Source: Euglena gracilis (lineage: Eukaryota). From it: a DNA stretch of 64,000 bases. Shown here in pieces: positions 51,632 through 63,142 of this stretch. Both the position numbers and the translations under genes were made by a program. A model generated the notes under the pieces. The model was not told the origin of the DNA. It ran no database searches and worked only from the letters and a program-made list of their open reading frames with translations. Where the stretch lies: positions 28,638,417 through 28,702,416 of the forward strand of contig CP154954.1 in NCBI GenBank assembly GCA_039621445.1, in the 5' to 3' direction. How positions within the stretch are numbered: the first letter of the stretch is position 1; each line of letters begins with the position of its first letter.

Positions 51632-54600
51632 ATGAGCGAAAAGGGGTATGAATTTTTGAGTGCAAGCCGAAATCGGCAAAAAGTGCACAAAATTTTCAAA
51701 TGAAGCGAAAAACTGCTTCGTCACTGCCCAGTTCTACTGCACTCCGAGGCACCGAAACCCAAAGTGACCCAAACGGGGCCTCACGAGGACAGAGAAGAGA
51801 AGAGGAAGCGATTGTTACCAAAAACTGCTTCCTTATTTGACGTCAATCAGCGGAAATGAAGGGTAGGCGCTGGTTCGGAGAATGCATACAGCAGAAACCC
51901 CCTGAAATTTTCATAGTGGCCAGGAGGAACAGGGGGGGGGGGATTGATATCGGAGGCCTTTGGAAAAATTGCGGAAAAATTGCGGAAAAATTGCGGAAAT
52001 TGCGGAAAAATTGCGGAAAAATTGATATCGGGTATACACATTTCTGCTTGGGGGACTTAGAAAATTTTCAATTGTGAGGTTCAGAACACCGCAACACCCA
52101 CGTCGATGCAGGCGAGCACAAATCAACACGCTTGATGTTCTTTGCACAGGTGGGACGCACCCAATCCTGTGACCAGTGGTGCACCTGTGAGAAAAATTGG
52201 TAAACTGGGGGGGGAACAACAAAACACAATAGCACACCTGTTGATCCATTTGAAGAATGGCTTGAACTCATTGCATCTTCCATCTTCGGTGGTGGGGAAA
52301 AAATTCTTCAAAAAATGGTGAAAAATTGCGGAAAATTTGCGGAAATTGCGGAAAAATTGCGGAAAATTGCGGAAAATTGCGGAAATTGCGGAAAATTGCA
52401 GAAATTGCGGAAAATTGCGGATATCAATTTCCCCCCCCTGGAGGAAGCGGAATCACGCTTCCTCCTGACGATTTTAATTTTTTGCGGCCATGACTTCGAA
52501 GGCCTGAGTGGTCTGAAGGAGCACGAAAACAAGGGGGAGATGAAGTCGGAGCCCGCAGCCTACATCTGGCACATACACAATTCAACCTAGGCCGTATGTG
52601 ATGGAGTTTCGGGTGTTGGTGAGTGGACAAAGGCTTAGCTTGTGCTGTGATGGAACCTGCATCTTCTTGAGTCGTAGAACATGCCCAAATGGTCCGGATA
52701 GGACCTTGCAAAAAATCTGGGCCATTTCCCCATTAAACAGTCCCCCCCCCCCCCCCCGGGGTGGGTGACTGGTTTTTTTCAGAGTGACTGACTGGTTTTT
52801 GGCCCGGACCCCCTCCCCCCCCCCCCGGGGGGGTCGGCCAGGAGTGGGCAAAAGTGGTTTGAGTGACCCCGGCGCCGAAGGCGCCAGAAAACTTTTTTGG
52901 GTCTAAAATGGCCTAAAGTGACTGGAAAGTGGCCGTTTTTCTGAGTGGCCGACCCCCCCCCCCCCCCGGGGGGGGGAGTGACTGGCTGGTTTTTTGAAAA
53001 TGAGTGACTGACTGGTTTTTAAAAAAGTGGAGTGACCCCCCCCCCCCGGGGGTCGGTAAGCAATTGTATTGTCTGGAATCCTCCCAAAGGGAATCCTTAA
53101 GGAAACCCCTGCTGCAAGCCCAGATATTTCCAGAGCAGGGCAAATCATGCATTACTTACCAGTCTGCCAACCTAAGCATTAAGGTTATTTGCCACCGTAG
53201 GGGGCACTTCCCATTGCGGAGTGGACGAAGAGTGACACCTGCATGTCAAAAATCCTTATTTTTCAGTTGAAGCGTATTGGGGCAGGAATTTTAGGTTAGG
53301 GACCGTCCTGATCCTGTTTGCATCTTTTCTCAATCTGCTTTTTTGTTTCTTATTACCATTAGTTGTTGTTGTTGTTGTCGTCGTCGTCATCGTCGTCGCC
53401 ATCATCGTCGTCGTCGTCGTCGTCGCCATCGTCGTCGTCGTCGTCGTCGTTGTAGTCGTCGTCGTCGTCATCATCATCATCATCGTCGTCGTCGTCGTCG
53501 TCGTCGTCATCATCATCATCATCATGATCATCATCATTATCATTTCATTATCATTATCATCACCATCATCATCATCATTATCATTGTGATTACTCCTTTT
53601 GTTGTTGTTGTTGTTGCTGTTGTTGTTGTTGTCGTCGTCGTCGTCGTCGTCGTCGTTGTTTTTTTTTTTAAATGACTCTGCCACAAGTTTTCCTTCGCAG
53701 CAAGAATTTGTACCACGTGTTTTATTGCTCCCACAGGAGGAGGAGGACCTGACTTTCGAGAAGGAGCTACCTCCCAGCATAGACGCCCAGGCCACTGCGC
53801 CAACATCAGGCTTCGACATAAGGAGGGCGCACGGGGTTTAGGTGGGGGGTGCCCCCCCCCCCTGGCCGGAGGGGGGGTTCGGCCCATGCAATCGTTCAGT
53901 CACTGGCTGACCCTCCCCCCGGGGGGTGGGCGACTGTTTTTTTTTCTTCAGAGTGACTGACTGGTTTTTGGACTCCCTCCCCCTGGAGGGGGTCTGCAAA
54001 AAACCATTGAACCGAAGGCACTGGAAAAAAATTGGCCTTTTTTGTGCTTTTCGTCAAGTTTTGACAGTGACTGACTGGTTTTCCAGAAAGAAAAAGTGAC
54101 TGGCTGGTTTTTGGGAGAGTGGAAGTCACTGGAGAGTGACCCGGGGGGGGGGTTGGAAAAAAATTTTATGGTTCGACCCCACCCCCCACCTGCCAGGGGG
54201 GTCTGGACCGACCCCCCGGGCGGGGAACCCGGGACCCCCTAGAAGGACAAACATTTTTCTTCAGGCACCTTGTGCCGAGATTTTTTTTTGCATTTTTGAC
54301 AAGTTTTTGCCCTAAAAGTACCCAAAATGGCACTTTTGGCCGTTTGGGGGGGTCCAACTTTTTCGGCCCGGCAAATCGGTCTCCCAGAAAACCGGTCACC
54401 CAGACCGCGGTCATATGTCCCTCAAACTGGAACCTGATTGGAGGTTCCCGTTAAGATCCCCGGGGTAGGTGTTCCAGTGTGTCCCGTCGGATTTGTGCGC
54501 ACGGGACACACGCATATGGCTGTCATAAAATTCTGCAAATACTGAAAGAATTTGGATGGGTGTTTGAGGACCTCAAATGAAGGTACCCCCCTCCTGGACC

Positions 54601-57600
54601 GGATGGGGGGTTCCGACCCCCACCTGCTGCCTGGGGTGGGTGGGTCTGGGGCCGGACCCCCACTCCCCCCGGGAGGGGGGGTCCAGGAAGTAGACCTGCG
54701 GATGGGTTTCGGCTCAAACTGCCTGATTTTTTTGGGAAATAAATGCACTTTTACAGCCCATTTTTTGGGGGGGGGTCCCTTGGGAGGTCCCTCGCTGGGC
54801 TGGGTGGGTTGGTAGGACCCCCTCCCTCCCCCCTTGGTCTTACATGCGCCTGTTTCAGGGCCAAAGCAACAGTGCCCTGTCGGAGACTCGTGTGTCGGGG
54901 GCATCACAGAGGCCCTCGCCCAGTGCCTGACGTACCGCGTGCGGATGCAGCAGCTGCGGACAGGGCGAAATGGGACCCCAGAAACCGTCTGGGCGGCCAG
55001 ACCCCATCCCGTCCCCATCCGGTGGGGGGGTCCGACCCGGTTCAGGTTGGTGTGGTTTCGAGAGTGGGGGGCACTGCTCTGGTGTGGGCTGCGCCAAAGG
55101 TCAGTCTGGCCCAGTCGATTTCCCCCCAAAGTTTTCAGCTCATTTTGGTTGTTTGGTGGGCGTGTGGGTCGACCCCTTCGGGGGAGGGGGGGCGGGGGGT
55201 CATGTGTGAATGTTCAAAAGAAGCAGGCGGGTGGGTTTGGCCCAGGCATTTGCTTAAGGACCCCGGGGGGGTGCTGGCTAGCCAATCGGCTAGACACTGG
55301 AAAAAATGGACTAGCTAGAACCCCCCCTCCCCCCGGGGGGGGGGGGTCCGGAGGTCCCCAGGACTGGAAAAATTTCTTAATAGGTTTTGGGCTGTTTTGG
55401 GCTGATTTTGTTCCAAAAATTCCCAAAAATGGCCAAAAACGGGCATTTTTGGCCATTTTTGGGGGTCCCAAAATTTTTTTGGCGCTTCGCACCGGTCACT
55501 GGGAAAAAATTTTCCACTAGCTAGCCCTGCCAGCAGACCCCCCCCCCGGGGGGGGTCTGCTAGAAATCCCACTAGCCAAATTTAGACTAGCTGCAGTCCA
55601 GCCCCCCCCGGGGGGGGGTACTGCAATCCCTTAAGCAAATGCCTGGTTTGGTCCCCGGGACACAAGTTTCCCCTGGGCCGTCACTCATAAGTGAACTCTG
55701 TGACCCAACCCCCGGGCTTTCCCGTGCCGCCGTGGCAGCGGGTGTTCGTCCCCTGCACCGCCCCGGGCGACGGCAGCCCGCTGCTCCACAAGCTGCACGT
55801 CGCGGTGCCGGAGATGGCGCGGGCGCCGGACGTCATCGTGCTCGCGCTGCAGCAGCTGCAGGGCGAGCAGGCGAACGTGGCGCCGGAGCAGCGGCTCTTC
55901 TTCCACACCAACCCCAACTTCTACCGGCTGCGGGTGGCGGAGGTGTGCGGCGCGGCGAATGGGTTGGCCGGTTTTTTTTGTTGGCTAAAACCCCCCTTGA
56001 CGGCCGCCTTTCCAAGTTTGAATATGTCCGTTGAAAAGGAGAATGCAGGTAGTGTGACCTGCCATGATAAAAATCAGAGCATGGGGGGGGTGGATTAAAA
56101 AGGACTCGCTGTACAGAAGCAGGCGGTGGCCAGCGATGGTCACTGCCACGTGACCCCCCCACCCCCCAACAATTTAAACAACGCAGGTTTCAGCCCGCTC
56201 AAGGGGTTGTTTAAAATTCGGGGTTGCTGAAACTTGGGTTTCATCGTACCTGATGAGGGGTTGCTTAAATTCGGACCACATGGTCAACAGAGAAAAGTCT
56301 ATCCTTGTCCAATTGAAGGACGAGGCCTTTTTTCAGAGCGAAAATGCACGCATGCAGCCTCAACCGGTTTCCGCAGAAATTCAGCTTTTATTTGTTTGTT
56401 TAAGCTTTGCTTTCATATTTCCTATATTTGCCCCTTCCTTTTGCCTCAATTTCAGGGGTTGCTTGAATTTGGAATTTTCATCTGGATTGCATAAATTTGG
56501 GGGGGTTTCCTCCCCCTTTTCAGATCCCTTTTGCGCTTTGCCACCCGAAACAGAGCCCCTCCCCACCGGCCCGGAACCACTTTCTCTCTGTTACTTTGCG
56601 TTGGAGGTGGAGGTCACATGTGAGCGGTGTTTCGCTGGCGCGCACCGTTCCACCACGTCTTGCCGTGGGGGTCTTCCAACCTGCGCCGGTGCCCGCCTTG
56701 CTGCAGGACGACACCGGGACCATCGAGGAGGACGTCCCGGCGCTGGACTGGAACTCCAAGGTCAACCGCCTGGACACGCTGGTCATGTGCTGCAGCGACG
56801 GCAGCGAGAGCGGGTGTCCGCCCCCGGACCCAGGGGACCCCCCCCCCCCCCCTGCCCCAGGGGAGGGGTGCCTGACTGGTTTTGACCCAAACCCCCTCCC
56901 CCGGGAGGGGGGTGGTCGGCGAAAAACCACCGAAGTGACTCGCCGCCGAAGGCACTGTATGATTTATTTATTTGTTTATTTTTATATTATTTTCTCACGT
57001 TTGTAGTCGAATTTTTTTTACTGGATCCCAGGCAGGCATGTGCTTAGTCGGGTGCCCACCCCACGGGGCGGGGGGGGGGGGCTAGGGGCAGGCACCACAT
57101 AGCACCCAATCCGACCCCCCGGGGGGGGGGTAGGTTTTGGGGGGTGCCTGCCCCTAGCAGGCACCCCTCCGACCCTGGCGCCGAAGGCGCCAGGGGCCTG
57201 GAAAAGGCCATTTTCAATGAAAATTTTCTGGGTCCCCCCGGCCCCCCCCCCCCCCCCCCGGGGTGTGCCTGCTAGGGGCAGGCACCCTCCCCCCCCCTGG
57301 TCAGTAAGCACAAGCATGATCCCAGGGAGCCAAAATGACTGACTGGCTTTCTGAAAAAAAGTGATTGACTGGAAGAGTGGAAGTGATCCCTCTAGGGGGG
57401 GGGAGTCGGAAGCAGGGCCATTTTTTTTTTTTAAGCCTGAGGAACTCTTCCTCTGGGTCCAGCCCAGCCAGGCTGTGACGCCCCTCTGCCCTCTGCTGAA
57501 ATAAAGTTGGGGCCAGCCCAGGCCCGACTGATAGTTTTGAGGAAAAAGGGTCGAGAATGGCCATGAGCACCCCCCCCCCCCCAGGAGGGACCCGTAGCCG

Positions 57601-60600
57601 CGCAGGCCGGCAGCCCCCCCCCCCAGGTCTGGGGCAACCAGCTCTCAGTTGGACTTCAGATCCAGGGTTTTTTTTCGTCTTGGACCCCCGGGGGGGGTAA
57701 GGTTAGGGTGGGTGGGTCTAGCCGAGCCCCCCCCCCCCCTGGGGGACCCCCGGGGATATACTTTTTGGCGCCGAAGGCGCCGCTATTTTTAGCATTTTCG
57801 CGATTTTTTTGCCATTTTCGGGGAAATGAGAGTAGGTCCCCCGGGACACCCCCCGGGGGCCGGCCCCCAGGGGATGGGTGGGTGGGGAACCCCCCTCCCC
57901 CCCAGTCTTAAATCAAACAATTGGCTGAGAACTCCCATGGCTTTCGGCGAGGGAACCTGAAACCTTTCATACTGGTTCTTTATTTTATTTATTTGCTCCA
58001 TCCTGCAGTTATGCAAACTCTTTCCATTATTCTTGAGCTGAATATCCAAGCACTTTTCTCCGGCACCTTCCTTGACCAGTGGCTCTGCACTTGTCCAGTG
58101 GTTTCCTTTTAGAAAACGTTTGCTACCTCAAACCAGAAACCAGAGAACCGGTCGACCATTTTCAAATCCCGCAACGCTTCATTTCCCTCGGTCCTCCAGG
58201 TCCAGCCGGGACCCCATCCAGCCGGCCCGCAAGACGCTGGAGGACCTCACCTTCTTCGTCAACTATGTGCGGCAGAGCCGCACGACGCGCCGCCGCCTCT
58301 CCCTACCCCCTGACGTCCTGTACCGGGACTTGTTGGCGTTGGTCTGCGAGAAGCTGAACCGTGACCCGAAGAAGCACCAAATCAAACTGGTCTATCTGCT
58401 GCGCAGGGTCTGGAAAACCCAACACCATTTTTATTATTTTTGAAGTCCCAATGCCGCATTTCTTGCTTGCATTCACTGGGAGAATGCCATTGTTTCTGTC
58501 TTTTTTTTTTTGAGTTGAATATGATCATATTGCTACTGTCTAGAGGGAGAAAATGACGTGTCTTTGATATAGCCCTTCCTTTTTTTTTTTTTACTGCACT
58601 CAAGTGTCTGGCCGGACACTGATGGCTGACCCTCCCCCCCCCTGGGGGTCTCAGGGCTGGAAATAGGCCCAAACTGGGGCTGAACCGGGCACCCCAAAAA
58701 ATCAACACCGCAAACTTGTCTAAAAAATCCGCCAATCGTGATACAAGTTGGCATTTGACCCAAAATTTGCCCTGGCCAGCCCAGTTCAGACGCAAAAAAA
58801 TTGTTGCCGTCCAGCCGACCCTTCAGGCGGCTGCAAAATAATCCAAACTCGTGGATGGGGGGAGGGGGGTCCAGGGATGGAAAAGGGCTGCTGGCCAGAA
58901 AAAGGCTGCTGGTTGGATGAACCCCCAAGGGGCGGGGTTAATCTTTTAATTAACCGTGATCTCAACCAAAATGGTGGTAAGAACACATCCGATACCCGCC
59001 CAATCGCCCCACACAAGTGGACCCCCTCCCTGGGTCATACCACTGGAACCCCTCCCCGGGGGGGGGGGGCAGAGCTTTCTGCTGCCATCTATCGAACGGG
59101 GTTTTCAACCCCGTTCGGCTCGAGTCTCAGGCCGGCCGTTGGCCAGCCCTCTTTCTGGGCAGCCCTTAAGGAGCGGTCCTTTTGTTAAAAAAAAACCCCA
59201 TTCCTTAAGAACCAGCAGCCTTTTCCATGTGGTTATTAAGCCACACTCTGATCAGGGCAAGGAGTTCTGTTTTAAGGACTTTTAGACCAAATCTCAGCGT
59301 TTTCAACCTTTTTTTTCCAAGGTGAGGCTTATTTTTAGGCTTATAACCCCTAACCCTAACCCTTAGGCGGCGCATCTCGCACTTAAGGGTTTTTTGGTCG
59401 ATTTGCGCATTTGCGCAAACCGACCATTTTTTTTCAATTTGGCGCCAGCGTTGCAAGGGGGAAGAGCACGAGGCGACAGGTGGACGACGAATCCGACAAA
59501 ATTTACATTTTTGGCCCCGGCGGTCCCACAAATTACGTGTTCTTGACAGTTTTTTTGTGGTCGGCATGCCACGAAAACCCCCGGACCTACCCCCCCACAA
59601 TTGGAAAAACAGCGACCAAAACACCAAAACCCCGGTACCGCCTCCCCCCTTTTTGTGCGATGCAGCTCTCCTCGCCGGTTGTTGGCGACCCGGCTCCCTC
59701 CGGGGGTTTTGGCGCACTTTTTTTTGTTTTTGCTGGCCTTGGAGTTGTGTTCTTGTGCGTTTGCCAGAGCGCAGGGAAGAAGCATGGGGGGTTAGGGTGG
59801 GTCCAATCACGCCGCCGGCCAAGAGCGCAGAAACGAAGGCGTGCCTGGGGATTTTGTGAAGGCCCGTGCAGGGTGAAGGGAAAGTGGTTTGAAGGGGAGG
59901 GAGGCGTCGCGAGTCCCCACCGAACTTGCAGTGGGGATTCGTCCGGCTAAATTGTGTAGCGCTGAAACGAGAGAGGGGATCACACAAATGGCACTGGAAT
60001 GACGTATTGCAGCCATGTTTTGAACAAATAAAGAGTGTCGATGTGCGCAATTTCGCACATCGACCATTGTGCAGTTCCCCCGAAGAACGGCCATAAATAC
60101 CCCAGAAGTCACACTTCTGAAATTGATGAGACAAATACCATGAGTTTGGGACAGAAGATGAGGTCGGTTTGCGCAAATGCGCACATCGACCACGTGTGTG
60201 CATTTGCGCAAACCGACCTCATGTTCATTTGTGAAAAGGGACGCGATCAAATATCATGGAACGTAAACGGACCTCACTGCCTTGAGCCTTTTGACACAAC
60301 AATAATTGGAAGAGCTTACAACGCAGCTTTGCTCCGAAAACAGACATAAATGCATTGAAAAGCACATGCACCAAGCTCCAGGTCGGAATGAAAAAAGTGG
60401 TCGGTTTGCGCAAATGCGCACATGGTCGGCGTTTACACACTTTCAAACACCGACCACGTGCATAAAGATGGACGTCGCCAGAGTGCAAAAATGGGCACAC
60501 CATGACGATGTGCGCATTTGCGCACACCGACCACAATAGTGATTTTATATAGCGCAATTCAAACACGACCCCAAACACCACCTGCAATGGCTCCTTCGGT

Positions 60601-63142
60601 GTGCAATTTACTCAGCTGCCAAACACTCTCCTCAACCATGGGGCTTTTTTTAGGGAAAAAAGTGACTAAGTGACAGGCCTAGGTCCATGTGGAGACCGTA
60701 GACCTCTAATAGGTGGCCCGCCGCTGGCACGTCGCCGGCACACGTGAAGCCGCGCCCTTGGGCATGGGGTGGCTTTCGAAAAATCCCACCACTTGCCCCC
60801 TGGTTTGTGTTTTGCTGCAACGGTGATGATAGGGGTTGCACTTAAGCTTTCACAAGGCCGTCATTAACCCCCCGGTTCAGCAGCAGCCACCGAGGTGGCA
60901 TTGTTGTCCCCCACAACTGGGACGGCAGATTGGGGAGGCGGGCATGCTGCTGGTCCATGGAAACAATGGAAAATCGGAGCGTCTTAAACGTGGCCACACA
61001 ACTTACTGTTTTGGAGGGAGAGAATATTTGATGTTTATCCCTGGTTGGGTTGCGTGAAAGTACTGCGACTCAGCACCCTGATATTGTGCACAAAAACTGG
61101 TGCGTTGCATGTTTTTTGAGGAGAAAACGAGGCATCATTGTGGTAAAAACAGAATAATGATTCCGGGTTGGGGAAACAGGAGGATTACACACATGTAATT
61201 TTGAATCTCTGGAAGTCGTTGTTTAAGAAATGTGTCCAGCAATCACCGGGGTTTACGTGTCATCAATTCCTCCTGTGCAACTCCCAAACTGATGACGCGA
61301 AAACGATCGGTTGTACAGGTTAGAGATAAGACGTGCAAAACTTGTGCTTGGAAAGAACAAATTTTCTCCTGTCATATAGTGTGTTCTACTGCGTGTTTCG
61401 CATAATATAAAAACCAAAATTTCGTCTCCACACAATGGCTTCAAAAGTTTTGCGTCCCTGATGGTCGGTGTGCGCAAGTGCGCACATCAACGGTTAAGGA
61501 TGAAGAGCACTCCATGATACGGAGGTCAAACAAAGGTATATTTCCAAGCCACCGTTCTTTGGTACACATTGCAACGGTACCCATTCAAAATCCTTGGACA
61601 AACTTTACTTCTGAAACCAAGAAAAGGCAGGACTTGTGTTTCATGTGGTATTATGTGGAGTATATTTCCCAAGTTTCACGTGGTCGGTTTGCGCAAATGC
61701 GCACATCAACCATTCACATATTTTCGCACACCAATCACATGTGTATTTTGTGTAAGTGGTTGATGTGCGCATTTGCGCACATCGACCACTTATCTATTTG
61801 TTGATGGTTGGTGTACGCATTTGCGCACATCGACCATCAACAAATGGCACAGAGGGTCGATGTGCGCAAATGCGCACACCAACCACCAACACAAAATACA
61901 CACGTGGTCGGTGTGTGCATTTGCGCACATCGACCCTCACTTCATAAAAATGTGTCATGTGAGTGTTCCATCGCTTGACACACGTTTCAATCCGTCTGAT
62001 GGCAGCAGAGTTCTGAAGTTTTTTTATGCCACAATCGTCGCCTAATTTACCATGACATCACGTTGTCCAAATGGTGGATAGTCGGCCCCCTTCAAACAGG
62101 TTTGCAACACCCAGTCAATTCAGGCAGCACGGACACACCAGTACCCATCGACGCAACAGCCAGGGTGTACAACCCACCTGTTTCACACACGACAACACCA
62201 ATCTGTCGCTCCCGACGCATCAGAAACGTTCGTTAGGATGATGGCTTGAAACCTTTGTGTTTCCTAACCTGTATTGTGAGGTGTGAACGTCATATATTGC
62301 TGTTTCACCAGGCACAGTCGGCGCTACAAGAGTTTCACAAAAAATGTCGATTTGCGCAATTGCGCACATCGACAAAGAAAAAACCCTTAAGTGCGAGATG
62401 CGCCGCCTAAGTAACCCCATCCATTCGTTGTTATTTATTATTTTTCCATAACCCTAACCCCATTCCAAACCCCAACCCTGACCTTATTCCTCACATCTAA
62501 CATGGTTCAGTTGGAATCGGGGCGAGTCCCACTTGTAACTGAGAAATGCCAAACCTTCACCCATTTTCTTGTGGATCTTTATTTGAATGTGCTGGAATTT
62601 TTGATAAGCGCCCGCCCACCTCCATATTTTTTTGGTGCTAGACTTTTTTTTTCAACTCACAAGTCAAGTCCGTCTGTCCAGCCCCCCCCCCCCCCCCCCC
62701 GCCGTAACCGATCCAGCATGGTTTCCATTTTCCTTGTCGTTGTTGTCCTTGTCGTTTTTTTGTTGCTGTCGCCGTTGCTCTTGGGGAAACGCCCTTGCCT
62801 CTTCAGGTCCTCGGCGGGGTGTACCGCACCAGCCTCTCAGACGGCAGCCTGCCCACGGAGAAGACCCTCACCACCCTGTACCATGGCCGGGCCCCCGCTG
62901 GGTCGGCATTCGATTCCGCCCGGAACAGTGGTCGCCGTGTCGGGTGCCGCGCAGCGTTGCCCCCCCATCTTTGGCGTTTATGGAGGCGGCGGCCTGTGGG
63001 CACATTTGCGGTTCACGAGTTCGCGCTGGAGCCGCTGGGGCCAGAAGCGGAGGAGGAGGAGGACGACGAGGTGGACGCTGCCCCGGAGGAGGACGACGGC
63101 CGAGGCGTACTGTACACGGAGTACGATGCCTCGAAGTACCAG
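51632..63142 (+). CDS. SIN1: SIN1/Avo1-like TORC2 subunit (CRIM + Ras-binding-like domain; PH domain expected downstream), multi-exon, runs off the window end
   Basis: Joined exons give RVFVP...VAVPEMARAPDVIVLALQQL...NPNFYRLRVAE|DDTGTIEEDVPALDWNSKVNRLDTLVMC, resembling from memory the SIN1 CRIM pattern (Y-L-IAEDDGEVD-DFP-LD). A ubiquitin-fold-like exon and ...YTEYDASKYQ follow. The 5' exons (51632-51673, ~52489-52567, ~53081-53126) are tentative. Confidence 0.7.
51930..52440 (+). mobile_element. MITE family A copy 3
   Basis: CAGGGG...CCCCTG ends; GAGGAA on both flanks. Confidence 0.9.
53362..53660 (+). repeat. Compound trinucleotide microsatellite (GTT/GTC/ATC)
   Basis: Seen directly. Confidence 0.95.
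53686..53803 (+). CDS. SIN1-like exon (QQEFVPRVLLLPQEEEDLTFEKELPPSIDAQATAP)
   Basis: Protein-like frame. Start is either 53686 (CTG at -8) or 53701 (cgcag|). Followed by catCAGgc. Confidence 0.55.
54858..54957 (+). CDS. SIN1-like exon (PKQQCPVGDSCVGGITEALAQCLTYRVRMQQL)
   Basis: GC3-rich frame between gcCTGtttca| and |ggaCAGgg; boundaries +/-1-2 nt. Confidence 0.6.
55706..55942 (+). CDS. SIN1: SIN1-like exon, CRIM N-half
   Basis: Very high GC3; ends GAG|gtgtgc (GT donor). Confidence 0.85.
56707..56813 (+). CDS. SIN1: SIN1-like exon, CRIM C-half (DDTGTIEEDVPALDWNSKVNRLDTLVMCCSDGSESG)
   Basis: Acceptor ttgctgcag| in phase 0; donor GG|gtgtcc in phase 2. Confidence 0.85.
58200..58407 (+). CDS. 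SIN1: SIN1-like exon, RBD-like (DLTFFVNYVRQSRTTRRRLSLPPDVLYRDLLALVCEKLNRDPKKHQIKLVY)
   Basis: Acceptor tcctccag| matches phase 2; donor AGG|gtctgg; strand-strand-helix-strand pattern consistent with a ubiquitin-like fold. Confidence 0.8.
59362..62411. mobile_element. 3.05-kb TIR DNA element inside a SIN1 intron
   Basis: 34-bp perfect TIR CTTAGGCGGCGCATCTCGCACTTAAGGGTTTTTT; TAACC on both flanks; many internal copies of the quasi-palindrome GGTCGGTTTGCGCAAATGCGCACATCGACC; no recognisable transposase. Confidence 0.85.
62807..63142 (+). CDS. SIN1: SIN1-like exon(s) (VLGGVYRTSLSDG...EEEEDDEV...YTEYDASKYQ), probably split by an intron at 62885-63001
   Basis: Acceptor ctcttcag| in phase 0; donor CAG|gtgttg; GC3-rich coding at both ends. 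Confidence 0.75.

Noticed and set aside
59205-60203. 332-aa ORF inside the TIR element as a possible transposase
   Set aside because: No DDE, zinc-finger or other recognisable motif; partly made of translated palindromic repeats.
60037-61935. Spaced ~30-nt palindromic repeats resembling a CRISPR array
   Set aside because: Irregular spacing, degenerate copies, eukaryotic context, no cas genes, and enclosed by TIRs.
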